Below, in pieces: positions 1 through 10,743 of a stretch of 53,602 bases of DNA. Position 1 is the first letter of the stretch. Each line of letters begins with the position of its first letter. Source of the stretch: a virus (lineage: Duplodnaviria; Caudoviricetes); IMG/VR virus record IMGVR_UViG_3300021964_000094, positions 1 to 53,602 of that record; one strand, written 5' to 3'. The notes beneath the pieces are model-generated. The model made no database searches. It was not told where the DNA came from and saw only the letters and a list, made by a program, of their open reading frames with translations. A program made the translations under genes and the position numbers.

Positions 1-3000
1 GCTCCAGAATCCATCTACAGTACTATCGCTTTCTACTAATACGCTGTAAGGTCTAACCACTGCGTTAGCATTTAAATATTTTTTACCTTGATTAGTTACT
101 GTAACACTTGTAATTCTACCAAAGCTATCAACAGTAGACTCTGCTAATGCTCCAGATCCGTCACCTGTAATAGTAATCAATGGAGCTCTTTTATATCCAA
201 ATCCTGCTTCAACAATTTCTATTGTGTTAACATGACCATTAACAATGTTAATTAATAGTTTTGCTTCTCTAATTAAAGATGTAGTTTGAAATCTAAGTTC
301 TTTTTCAGAATCAATTGATACATCATAAAGATTCTTAACAAAGCTCGGTTTCTCATCTACTAGATTTAGATAACCGTAATCAATTTCATCTGCTAATGGC
401 AATGACATAAACGCATCATTGATAAATGTAATAGTTTGTTCAACTGCTTTGTTTCTATTAACAAAGATTGTTTGTCTAGGTCTACTTGAAATACCGTACT
501 TGTTTTTGTCAGTTAACGCAGGATCAGGTATTTGATTTCCTAAAATATCACTTCCTACTAAACTGTCAATCCATTTTCTTTCTAAATCTTCATTAGGATT
601 ATCTACACTTTCTTCAGTGGCTAACAAATACTCATTATGTATTAAGTTTACATCATCATTTGTTTTATAATATTGAATGTTTACGCTAAACTCGTCAGTC
701 GTTAACAGAGTTTTAAGATTACTAATAGTAATTTTGTCTTTATCAACTAGGTACGCAAACGGAACTCCAGCATTCTCTGGATTTTCAATATAATCAGCAA
801 CTTGTGATGCCGCTAATGTCTTTTCACTATTTGTTTCTTGAGTAAACTTATTCTTTACCCAGTAATAATATCTAGTTTTTGATATTTTTCCAGTTACAGG
901 ATTAACATTTCTTTTTACACTGTAAACAGTATCATCTGGATATAAAGGTGTTCCAGTTACGTCAGGATCATCTTTATTAGTTAAAGTAACATATTGGCTT
1001 GGTAAGTAAGGTGTTTCAACCCATTGATAAACATCAATTGAACTTCCTTCAGCATACTTGTTCCAATTACCGTTTCTAAATACAACATTGCCTTGTTCGT
1101 AAACTAGATATTTTACTTTTGAAGTATCCCACCAAATTTTGCCTACTTGAGCATCAGTCCAGTGTTGGCCTTCATCTATAGTTGTTAGTTCTTCATTAGA
1201 CGAGTCACTGTATACAGCAGGGTCAAAAGTAGTTTTAAAATCAATATTCTGTTCTACAATTCCTAGAACTTTTCCTTTATAATAATCTATAATATCAATG
1301 TCAGCTATCTTAGTGTATACATCTTTTTCGTATGCCGCTAAATTTTTTATCTTAGAAATATCAACTTGTGGCTGTTGTGATCTAATTGCTTCCCACGGTA
1401 ATACATTTTCAGCTTTTTCAAACTTTTGTATTCTACCAATAACAACTTCACTAAACGCAGGATCTGTAGAAAGATATTTTGGTGAACCTACAATAATTGT
1501 GTTATTACTTGTTGCTAACGCTGTACCAAAGTTTTCGTTATAATTAAGATCATCTTCAAAAATTTCGCCAAGTACCCAACGACCGCCATATTGATTAAAC
1601 ACAAAGACTTTGCCTGTAACACCTAACGGATCAGCATATTTTGTTGTTAGTCTATCAAACTTGGTTTGGTCTGTATCAAAAGTAGTTACATCAAACGTTT
1701 GTGCGCCTTCAGCAGATACTACTAACGTTTTACCGTCTGGTGAAATATCTAAATTAGATCCAAATCTTTCATCGTAATCTAATGTGTTAGATTGAATTCG
1801 TTGTTTGAATACAAAACTTGTTCCTGACCAATCAAAAACAAATACTGATCCTTGATCTTTTTCATTCTTGTCGGCATTTGGTGCGCCAACAAATAGTGTG
1901 TTACCATCTTTTGATATGATTACTTTGTAGCCAAACGCATCGCCTGGATTCAATGACGGGATAGAGTTTTTATTAATTTGCTGAACAAAGTTATAAACTC
2001 TATTTGTATTTTTCTTATAAACAAAAACTACACCAGTTCTTGGGAACGAAGTATCATTTATTTTAATCCACTTGTTATCAATTTCAGGAGCGTCATCAAT
2101 ACTTGTTAAACTAGAATCACTATCTAGCTCATAGTATTCATTGTTTCTTCTAACAATATCACCTTGAATATAAGTTTCAGTGTTTCGCCAAACACCTCTA
2201 TAATTTTCAAAATTATTTGTATCAGCATACGGAGCAGAAGCAACTAGTATGTTACCATCTTTGCTCATGCTTGTACTTGTACCAAACTTATCACCGATAT
2301 CAATATTTTCAATCTGCTCATCAGCTGTTCCTTGCTCTAGTGATGACCCATCATCTACATAAGCATTAACATTTGGAACAATGTTTTTATTAATAGTGTT
2401 TGATACTTCCCAATCGTCACTACTATCTGGAGTAGTTACACCGTCTGAAGTAAAGAATGTTGTTGCTGTATAATAAGAAGTTTGATACCATACAATGCTT
2501 CCTTCTGGATAACTTCTATTAATATCAAAAATTCCTACAAATTCTTTATCTTGTAAGAACGTCCATTTTGTTCCGTTGAACTGATATAAGTAAATCTTAC
2601 CTCTGTTATCTCTACTTCCTGGAGCAGAGATTGACATATAATAACTCTCATCAGTTGCTCCTAGATCTGTACCTAATATCTTAACTTGGTCTCCTACAAC
2701 GTATCCTGTGCCTGCTACACTAATAGTAGCACTGTAAGCGCCGCTTGCTCTTTGAATATTAAAGATTGCGCCTATTCCTGGATTTGAAATATCTTCAGGC
2801 GATACATCTAGGAAAGTTCCGCTTCCAGGGCCTGGAATGCCTACATACTCAATACCCAATGCGGCTGTGCCTGTAAAGCTAAAATATTTTATCTCACCTT
2901 CACGCTTTGTTGGAAATGGTCCTAACGACCCTAAATCTGATACTTGATTAATTCTTATTGTAATGTCGTTTTCTGGGGTTGCGCCGCCGACTGTATTTCC

Positions 3001-6000
3001 AGGAATTACAATAGTTGTTCCTGAGGTATACTTGATTAAGTTACCTTTATTATCTTTTTCTCCCCAGTCAACCCAGTTACCAGTTCCAAAAGTGGCCGAA
3101 GTTGGATCATCGTCATATGGCACATTGAATGGAAACCCTTGTACTTGTTCCCAAAACTCTGGAGATTGATTAGGAAATATTGTTTGATATGCTGAATATG
3201 CTGTAGCATCAGTTCCTGGTACTATGCCTGTTACAGTTTTTAAAACATTCCAGTATTGCGAACTGTTTTCTGGATACTTAACAACATCACCACTATCATA
3301 AGTTCTTGTAGAACTCCAAACACCTTTGTCAAATCCTGTATCTTTAACACAAGCATAAAAGAATCCATTAAATCTAACAATACTTCTAGACTTGTAACCG
3401 TTACCTGGCTGTACTGGAACTGCTGGACTTACAGAAGTGTTTTGTCTAAGTCTTACATTGTATACATCTTTGTTTTTTGTAACTGTAAGCAATGCTGATT
3501 CCGAAACTGGTCCACTTGGAATACCACTAATGTTATTAAATGTATCTGAACCTAAAATTCCGCCATTTTCGTCAACTGCTTTAACTGTAATAACAATATC
3601 GTTGTTACCTGTTCCTGTTGCTGGCTGGCCACCTACTCTTGTTCCTTGGATGTATAACTTGTCGCCTGGAGCATATCCAGTGCCTGCTGATCTAACTTCG
3701 ATGTCATAAGCAGGAATACCAGTCGATCTAGTAATATCAAACGTAGCATTTTGGCCGTCTGAACTAATGTCTGTACCACTAACATTCTCAAATAACTCAT
3801 CGTTCAGTCCGCTTGATCCATCAGCTTTTACTGAAAGTATTCCGCCAACATCGTCAACTTGATTAACTGTAAGAGTTACATCTCCGCTTGTTCCTTCAAT
3901 GCCTTCTAACTTTCCAATGTTAATAGACGATCCAAAAAATTCACTGTTTGCTTGTCTTGGACTTACTAAACTGTTTTTAAGTTTCCATTGTCCATTTGAA
4001 TATTCATAAATGTCTACTCCGCCTTGTTTGGCGTAACCTTTGTTTGCTAAAAATAATTCAGCACCAAGTGGATTCGCTTCTAATAATTCTACTGGTTGCC
4101 AGTCTTGGCTTGCTAAGTCGATTGTACTTCCGTCACCAAAGATTCTATTATTTGCTTTGTAAAGTTTACCAGCATATAATACAGTATCGCCCGGCTCATA
4201 GTCAGCATTAGTATCAAACTCTTCTTGATAGTTACTAGGAATATAACTTGCTTTCGGCGAACCTACAATTAACCATCTGCCGTCGTCACTTGCTGTAATA
4301 ACTTCAGCATACGCTCCGAGGTATGAAGGTTTTAGCCCGTCTTTAGGTGTTAAAATTTGTAAAGGAATAAGTCCTGTTTCACCATCTGAGTAAACAACAA
4401 CTGCTGAACTTCTTACTACATCACCGACGGATACCGGAGCACCTGGATTACCTACAATAGTTTGATTAAGTTGTGGAGCAAATGTTACAGCACTACCTGT
4501 ACCTGTAGGAAAAGCAATACCATACTCTGAAATTTGAGTTACGTTATACTGCTTGTTTCTCTGTACAACTTCCCAGCCGTTTGTGTTTTCAGATTTATCA
4601 ATGAAGACTTTTGAACCTGTAGGTAATTTAGCAAATCCATTGTCAATTAGTTCTTTGTAATCTGCTACTCTTACACTTTCAAAATAACTTACATAACTAA
4701 ATGAACTTTCATCTATAGTTGGTTCGTCTTTGAATCCAGCGATAGCAATAATAATCTTTTTAGGTTCAACTGCTGAAATTTGATAGAAGCCTGTAAGGCC
4801 ACTTATGTTATTAATTCCTACAATCTGTCCTACTTTAAAGTCATGTACTTTGTTTGTTTCTAACTCTACTCTATCAACATCCGGAACTGAAATACTATAA
4901 ATTAGTACATTACTAATAACGTATCTATATACGTTCCATGATCCTGGCTCAAAGGTTGTCCAAATATTATCGCCATGATTTATATCTGATAAAGGAATGT
5001 CGTTAACTAAGAAATCAAACAGACTGTTGCGGATAAAGTCTACATCACTATTAAAAATATATCCTGCTGAATTTTTAGCAACATCGTAAGTTTTTTGTGG
5101 AAGTGAAAAACTTGTATTTCCAAGCTGGTAATCAGCGTCTTTTAAAAGTATAAAATTTTGAAATTCATCTGATCTAAAAGAATTGCCATTAAGTAAAATA
5201 GGTTGTGGGTTTAACTTAAAGTTATTTGATTGTAATACAAATTCTGTTTCATCAATTTGATCTGTGCCGCCGACAGATCCCATTCTAAATGCCCATTCCT
5301 CATCTAGTACAATCTTATCATCGTCAACTTTACTAACTTTATCAAAAACTTTTTTGATAGCGTTGTTAGTTCCTTTCTCTCTACTAAATCCTTGGAACAG
5401 TTTAAACTGTGACACATCGTCCTCAGCAATTTCTTGTAGATAATTCCTTTGTTGGAAACCAACTGTGTGCTTGGCTAGTGTTTTTTGTGCCGAATTAATA
5501 CCGTCAACAGTTAGTTCGTAGTAGTCCTCAATTTGATTAACTCTAAAATCAAAGTTAGGAACTAATCCGCTTGTAGGATTGCTATCAAGTATAGACCATT
5601 TTGATTCATCAAAGGCTTTGCTACCTTTTTGGAATACTTTACTGACATAGTTATACTGCTTATATTGTACAATGTCACCTAGTTTATAATCTGTAAATTG
5701 CTTCCAAGAAAGTATATTAACATTATCAAATATAAATCCTGGGCTCGTATAATCGCCGTCCCAATCAACTGTGCGGAACCCCTTACTTTTAATTCTTTCT
5801 TGTCTGTAACCAGGTCCTTTGTCAAAAATAACATCATTGAACACTGTCTTGTCATCGAATATTGTTACATGCTCTTTTTGAACATAGTTGATCTCAGCAA
5901 AATAAATTCCTTCGGTAGTTGTTTCTGGAGAAATTAGTAATTCATTTTCTCCTCTGAAAATATCAATATCATTTGAATCTATTTTTGTACCGTCTGATCT

Positions 6001-9000
6001 TAAAATGTTATAGTCATAAAAACTATCTAATACATTGTCTGCTACAGATCCAATATTTTGGAATTTAAGTAAAGTTGCTCCGGGACTTACTGAAAGTACA
6101 CTTCCTACAGCCCAGTTGTGTGTTGTCCAGAACAAAAATTCTTTAACAGCCGTTTCCCAATCTTGAACGTTTCCTAGTTCTTTATTGTAAACATCAAATA
6201 CCATTCCTTGGTTTTCTAATAAGCGGCCATATCCTAATAAAAAGTCAACTACTGATTGTGCTGTTTCAAACACAGTATCGTAATTTAAAGTAAGTGTTGA
6301 TGATTCATCAAACTTAGTTCTTCGAACCGCTCTTGCTCCGCCGACCGTTGGAACTTCGTCTATTTTATTCCACTTGTCAGGATCAAAATTGCTTTCGGCT
6401 TCGTGAGCAATATTGGCTCTATAAAAACTATTTTGAAATTTTACTAACGTTCCTTTGATATAGAACGAGCCTTGATTCCAATCTATAAATGCTTCACTTA
6501 CTCCGCCAATATCTAGTACAGGATCGTTTTGTTGGGCAAAGAAGTCGTGATATTTAAAAATAGCATTAAGTTGATCATATCCGCCAACTTTATAGCCGCC
6601 TGCGACTTTTTCAATTAATACTCCACTGTATCTCGTAGTAAATTGTGGAGAGCTAACATTGAAGAAAACATCATAATTTTCTCTTGGTAAAAATACACCA
6701 GTTTGTGTACTTTGTGGATTTTTACTGTCTAACAAATACTGCTGTTGTTCTTTATCAATGAATCCTTTAATTCTTGTGCTTAATTTAATATCAAAGTTAT
6801 TGTAAACATCATAAAGAGCAGTTTTTGTTTGAGCATTTGATTTCAAGTAATTGATTACAAATGCTAACAATCCATCAGGTCTTGTTTCTGAAGCAAGGCT
6901 ACTAATGATATCTGAATTATTAGCAAACGTATCTGTTGACGCACTAATAAGTTGTCCTATAATATTTTTCTTTAATATTTTTCTATCTAAGTTAAGACTA
7001 ATTGTTTCAAATGGTCTTAGCAAGCATGCCGCAATAATTTTAGCATAAGGATAAACACTACTGCGTCTCCAGGCTGCCTCCGACGGTGATATATCACCAA
7101 ATTTAAAGTCAGCTCTATAATCTGTACTAAAATCAATAAATGCGTCACTTGCTAACGGGTCAAGTAACCTTCCATCGGCATCTACTGGAAGATAATCTAA
7201 TAGATTTGATCTAGTATATCTCTTATGTGTTCCTTGTCTTTCGCCTTGCTTGATAATACCATCACGCATATCTTCCCAAAGAATTAGGTTGTTACTTGTG
7301 TAAGGTGCTGGTCCATACTCATCTTCCCACCAACTTGGCTTAACTGTAAATCCTAGCATTTCCCACGGAGTTAAATGTGGCGTTACTGTATCAAACAAAT
7401 ACTGATAAACACCTCTCCAGTAACCAGGCATTGACTGTTCTCGTTTAATATCTAATGTTTTGTTAAATGTCCATGTAAATTCATTGGTTTCGTTGTAATA
7501 TGAATTAGCATATAGATCAATACCTTTAATAACCGGCCATCTTAAAAATTCTAATTCTAAAATATCATCAACTTGTTTTTTAGTAAACACGCCTGTGTTA
7601 TCATATCCACCGAATAAATTATCAGTATCTAATATTTCAGGATTATATTTTTGTTTAATATTATTATAAATTCTCTTTTCAAATTCTAATAATAGCTGGT
7701 CTCTAAAATCACCATAAGCAATAGTAACGCTTCCGTCGTGTCCTCTGATAACTGTTGTTGGATTTATAAAAGAAGTATCCTCATAAATCTCAGGAACCCA
7801 TGCTTTATATAAACCTAAACTTGTAGGAGTTTCTGGAACAAAAGTAAACGATGTAGAATAATATTCTTTAATTTCAAGTAAATCGTTTTCTTGTAGCTCT
7901 CTGATTATCTTAACAAAACCAAATTCACTATCAAACTCATAATCAATTCCGTGAATTAATTGTACATTGTTAATATACAGGTAAACTGCTTTTGTTGAAG
8001 GTGTTTCTAAATCAAATTTGTCTGATAACGCAAATGTTTTAATTCCTGTATCTTCAACTGTATATTTGGTAAGTTTATTAGCGCCAGTACCTAGCATATC
8101 CGTATTAGAAAATGCTCCTGTATCAGGCTTTGATTTTGAAATATTTGTAAGAATATCGTCTAACAAAACAATTACATCTTCGCCGCCGAACGGTATAGTT
8201 ATTGCTTGTTTTAAAATGTTACTCTTATAACTTTCGTACTGTTTAGCAGAGTGTCTTAAAGATTTAATTATGTTAAACTGCTTGTCACAAAGTAACGGCA
8301 ATGATGTAGCGGCTACAGAGCTATATTTTACAAATCTCTGTCCTTTATTTTGATATCCGTCAATGTCTCTTAAATTGCTTATACCAGGAAAACTACCTGT
8401 GAATTCTTCAGTATAATTAACCATAGATCTTAAATGATCTGTTGCTTGTCCTAAAGTAAAAGAGTCAATAGTATTGTTTAATGGATTTCTTTCTAAACTT
8501 TTTGGAAATTCATAAAAACCTAAATTAGGTTCATCGTCGGAAAATACTTTTAATGTAACAGTGTCGTCTTTATTAAAAGATATATTAGTAAAACTAAAAG
8601 TTCTTAATCCTTCAACAGTTGATACAACAGTATAATCTTCTTTTATAAATTCACCATTTAGATAAAAATACAAATTAGGTTGAACACTAGTATTCCAATC
8701 TACATTTGAAAAAGTAACTTCTGAACTATCTTCGCTAAGTGTATATGTCTGGAGTATTGCTTGATCAAATACAGGATCAGAAGGAAGATACAAATTATGA
8801 TAGCTGTAATCTAAAAGTGTGTTGTTAGTTTTAATAAAACCAGTGTTGATGTTAATATCTACATTTGAAGCATCGACTTGATATGTAAAGTTATCAACAT
8901 CCCAGTTTGATTCAAAAACAATATCGCCGCTGTTATTTAGGTTTTGGTAAGCAATAGGAAAACCAAGTTCTGTATCATTTGCGCCTGTACCTATTTTATA

Positions 9001-10743
9001 AGATACTAAGTTTGATCCTGCGAAACTTGATGTTTCGTATTTTGTATTATCTGTAAAACTAGTTCCAGTACTATCAAAAACATCAAACTTTGGTTGTTGA
9101 TTTACTGAATTCTTTGATTGGCTTTTGTTCCATGTTGTGCCATCATAATGATACATTATGCCAGCATTATTTTTTCCAAATTTAACAATTACACCTTCAC
9201 CGGCTTGTGTCTCAGCATCATCTGCTTCTACTAAAGCAATCTGTAAATTGTCAGCAATATTATTTGCTTGTATAGCAATCTTTTTAACTACAAAAATTTT
9301 GTTCTGTACCAGCGGATCTGTATCTGCTGTAAACAAAATTCTAGCGCCTTCAAAAATATCAACATTATCAATGTTATAACCTGCTGTTCCTTCAATAGTT
9401 GAAAACACATCAGTTGTAAAATCGTCAATAAAATCAATAGTTTGTTTAGCAATAGAACAGTGATTTACTAATTGAAGATTTGGTTTAAATTCAATAATGG
9501 GTCTTTTAGCTCTGTTGCTTTCACTAATCTTAGAAGCAACTTTATTAAAGTCTGCGCTATAGTCAATCACAGATCTATGGAACCATTTATTGTACCTGCT
9601 CCATGGATTTCTATCTTTACTAGATCTGTTAATTGTAATATAATCTTTATTTGATGGAAAACTTACAGCATCGTCAAATGGTAGTTCGTCCCATCCTCCA
9701 TCATCGAATAAAACATCTACTGTGTCATTAGGTACTGGCGGTAAATCTAAATCTTGAAAACTAATTAACTTAATAGCATCGCCAACTCCGTCAACTAACC
9801 AATCGCCCGAAGCATATTTTTCAGGTGTTACATTTCCTGAAAAGTTAATCTTTAAACCGTTTGAAAACTTAACACCATTAGAACTTGTATAATTTGCTTT
9901 GCCAAGTATTTCAGTACTAACATCAATTTTTGTGTTTTCGTCAATCGACGAAATTCTAAACATACCAACTCTATCAATATTGTTTCCACTTTGATAGTAT
10001 AAAACATCAGGACTATTATTAGGTATTGTAATTGTAATAGTTCCTACTTCAATGCCGTTGTTAGTTACACCGTCATTATAATCAGCAATACCACCTTCTG
10101 TTGGATTTCTTCTAATGTAAAGTGGGTCTCCAGGAGTATTAACATTTAATACGTATGTTTGTCCTCTGTACAAGTTAATGCTTGGATTAGGAGTAAGTCC
10201 GTCTGGATAAAAGATATATTCGTTTTCACCTTGGCTTCTAACTCTATATTCTGATTCTACTTCTTGAGCTTGTCCGCTTACAGAGATAGTATCAGGACCT
10301 TGTGGTAGCCAATAATACTCTCGGTAGTTAATAAACTTATCCCAGTCAATTGGTGGATTCCAGGAATAACTTTTCATTCCTGTAGTTAAGTCGTCTCTTT
10401 CGTTATTGTTGTTAAAAAATTTAAGCTGACTTTTTACATCGAGATAGTCGTAAAAATTAACAACCTTTTCATTCTCTGAATCAGTAATAACAACACCAGG
10501 CTCTAACTGATAAGCATGTCGTAATGATTGTTCTTTATCAAGATAGATGTCTTTGCTATTATAAGTTCTACCATAAGTTCTACCAATATACCCAGACAGT
10601 CTATCTAACGTTCCAGGCTGTACTAGAGGATCTAGTGTAGCACTTAGGAACTTTCTATTTGTAGGACTTTTGAAAATTTCCGGTAGTAAATCGTAGGTTT
10701 CTCTTACCGGTAACTCACTTTGTTTGAATATCTTTTTGCTCAT
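1..10743 (-). CDS. Giant baseplate wedge/structural protein (gp7-like position), >3581 aa, 3' end outside window
   Basis: ATG at 10743 overlaps the gp6 stop (TAATG). Translation starts MSKKIFKQSELPVRETYDLLPEIFKSPTNRKFLSATLDPLVQPG and the same frame reads ...SDSTVDGFWS at position 1. It is absent from the ORF track, consistent with no in-frame stop. Contains FG-GAP-like repeats (e.g. FGYKVIISKDGNTLFVGAP) and W-x-Y-x-x-G-D-x-V modules. Directly downstream of gp6. Confidence 0.85.
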   Translation of the reverse strand, partial: MSKKIFKQSELPVRETYDLLPEIFKSPTNRKFLSATLDPLVQPGTLDRLSGYIGRTYGRTYNSKDIYLDKEQSLRHAYQLEPGVVITDSENEKVVNFYDYLDVKSQLKFFNNNNERDDLTTGMKSYSWNPPIDWDKFINYREYYWLPQGPDTISVSGQAQEVESEYRVRSQGENEYIFYPDGLTPNPSINLYRGQTYVLNVNTPGDPLYIRRNPTEGGIADYNDGVTNNGIEVGTITITIPNNSPDVLYYQSGNNIDRVGMFRISSIDENTKIDVSTEILGKANYTSSNGVKFSNGLKINFSGNVTPEKYASGDWLVDGVGDAIKLISFQDLDLPPVPNDTVDVLFDDGGWDELPFDDAVSFPSNKDYITINRSSKDRNPWSRYNKWFHRSVIDYSADFNKVASKISESNRAKRPIIEFKPNLQLVNHCSIAKQTIDFIDDFTTDVFSTIEGTAGYNIDNVDIFEGARILFTADTDPLVQNKIFVVKKIAIQANNIADNLQIALVEADDAETQAGEGVIVKFGKNNAGIMYHYDGTTWNKSQSKNSVNQQPKFDVFDSTGTSFTDNTKYETSSFAGSNLVSYKIGTGANDTELGFPIAYQNLNNSGDIVFESNWDVDNFTYQVDASNVDININTGFIKTNNTLLDYSYHNLYLPSDPVFDQAILQTYTLSEDSSEVTFSNVDWNTSVQPNLYFYLNGEFIKEDYTVVSTVEGLRTFSFTNISFNKDDTVTLKVFSDDEPNLGFYEFPKSLERNPLNNTIDSFTLGQATDHLRSMVNYTEEFTGSFPGISNLRDIDGYQNKGQRFVKYSSVAATSLPLLCDKQFNIIKSLRHSAKQYESYKSNILKQAITIPFGGEDVIVLLDDILTNISKSKPDTGAFSNTDMLGTGANKLTKYTVEDTGIKTFALSDKFDLETPSTKAVYLYINNVQLIHGIDYEFDSEFGFVKIIRELQENDLLEIKEYYSTSFTFVPETPTSLGLYKAWVPEIYEDTSFINPTTVIRGHDGSVTIAYGDFRDQLLLEFEKRIYNNIKQKYNPEILDTDNLFGGYDNTGVFTKKQVDDILELEFLRWPVIKGIDLYANSYYNETNEFTWTFNKTLDIKREQSMPGYWRGVYQYLFDTVTPHLTPWEMLGFTVKPSWWEDEYGPAPYTSNNLILWEDMRDGIIKQGERQGTHKRYTRSNLLDYLPVDADGRLLDPLASDAFIDFSTDYRADFKFGDISPSEAAWRRSSVYPYAKIIAACLLRPFETISLNLDRKILKKNIIGQLISASTDTFANNSDIISSLASETRPDGLLAFVINYLKSNAQTKTALYDVYNNFDIKLSTRIKGFIDKEQQQYLLDSKNPQSTQTGVFLPRENYDVFFNVSSPQFTTRYSGVLIEKVAGGYKVGGYDQLNAIFKYHDFFAQQNDPVLDIGGVSEAFIDWNQGSFYIKGTLVKFQNSFYRANIAHEAESNFDPDKWNKIDEVPTVGGARAVRRTKFDESSTLTLNYDTVFETAQSVVDFLLGYGRLLENQGMVFDVYNKELGNVQDWETAVKEFLFWTTHNWAVGSVLSVSPGATLLKFQNIGSVADNVLDSFYDYNILRSDGTKIDSNDIDIFRGENELLISPETTTEGIYFAEINYVQKEHVTIFDDKTVFNDVIFDKGPGYRQERIKSKGFRTVDWDGDYTSPGFIFDNVNILSWKQFTDYKLGDIVQYKQYNYVSKVFQKGSKAFDESKWSILDSNPTSGLVPNFDFRVNQIEDYYELTVDGINSAQKTLAKHTVGFQQRNYLQEIAEDDVSQFKLFQGFSREKGTNNAIKKVFDKVSKVDDDKIVLDEEWAFRMGSVGGTDQIDETEFVLQSNNFKLNPQPILLNGNSFRSDEFQNFILLKDADYQLGNTSFSLPQKTYDVAKNSAGYIFNSDVDFIRNSLFDFLVNDIPLSDINHGDNIWTTFEPGSWNVYRYVISNVLIYSISVPDVDRVELETNKVHDFKVGQIVGINNISGLTGFYQISAVEPKKIIIAIAGFKDEPTIDESSFSYVSYFESVRVADYKELIDNGFAKLPTGSKVFIDKSENTNGWEVVQRNKQYNVTQISEYGIAFPTGTGSAVTFAPQLNQTIVGNPGAPVSVGDVVRSSAVVVYSDGETGLIPLQILTPKDGLKPSYLGAYAEVITASDDGRWLIVGSPKASYIPSNYQEEFDTNADYEPGDTVLYAGKLYKANNRIFGDGSTIDLASQDWQPVELLEANPLGAELFLANKGYAKQGGVDIYEYSNGQWKLKNSLVSPRQANSEFFGSSINIGKLEGIEGTSGDVTLTVNQVDDVGGILSVKADGSSGLNDELFENVSGTDISSDGQNATFDITRSTGIPAYDIEVRSAGTGYAPGDKLYIQGTRVGGQPATGTGNNDIVITVKAVDENGGILGSDTFNNISGIPSGPVSESALLTVTKNKDVYNVRLRQNTSVSPAVPVQPGNGYKSRSIVRFNGFFYACVKDTGFDKGVWSSTRTYDSGDVVKYPENSSQYWNVLKTVTGIVPGTDATAYSAYQTIFPNQSPEFWEQVQGFPFNVPYDDDPTSATFGTGNWVDWGEKDNKGNLIKYTSGTTIVIPGNTVGGATPENDITIRINQVSDLGSLGPFPTKREGEIKYFSFTGTAALGIEYVGIPGPGSGTFLDVSPEDISNPGIGAIFNIQRASGAYSATISVAGTGYVVGDQVKILGTDLGATDESYYMSISAPGSRDNRGKIYLYQFNGTKWTFLQDKEFVGIFDINRSYPEGSIVWYQTSYYTATTFFTSDGVTTPDSSDDWEVSNTINKNIVPNVNAYVDDGSSLEQGTADEQIENIDIGDKFGTSTSMSKDGNILVASAPYADTNNFENYRGVWRNTETYIQGDIVRRNNEYYELDSDSSLTSIDDAPEIDNKWIKINDTSFPRTGVVFVYKKNTNRVYNFVQQINKNSIPSLNPGDAFGYKVIISKDGNTLFVGAPNADKNEKDQGSVFVFDWSGTSFVFKQRIQSNTLDYDERFGSNLDISPDGKTLVVSAEGAQTFDVTTFDTDQTKFDRLTTKYADPLGVTGKVFVFNQYGGRWVLGEIFEDDLNYNENFGTALATSNNTIIVGSPKYLSTDPAFSEVVIGRIQKFEKAENVLPWEAIRSQQPQVDISKIKNLAAYEKDVYTKIADIDIIDYYKGKVLGIVEQNIDFKTTFDPAVYSDSSNEELTTIDEGQHWTDAQVGKIWWDTSKVKYLVYEQGNVVFRNGNWNKYAEGSSIDVYQWVETPYLPSQYVTLTNKDDPDVTGTPLYPDDTVYSVKRNVNPVTGKISKTRYYYWVKNKFTQETNSEKTLAASQVADYIENPENAGVPFAYLVDKDKITISNLKTLLTTDEFSVNIQYYKTNDDVNLIHNEYLLATEESVDNPNEDLERKWIDSLVGSDILGNQIPDPALTDKNKYGISSRPRQTIFVNRNKAVEQTITFINDAFMSLPLADEIDYGYLNLVDEKPSFVKNLYDVSIDSEKELRFQTTSLIREAKLLINIVNGHVNTIEIVEAGFGYKRAPLITITGDGSGALAESTVDSFGRITSVTVTNQGKKYLNANAVVRPYSVLVESDSTVDGFWS

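Noticed and set aside
1298-9654. Short plus-strand ORFs in the ORF track
   Set aside because: Antisense shadows of the continuous giant minus-strand gene; no SD or motifs.
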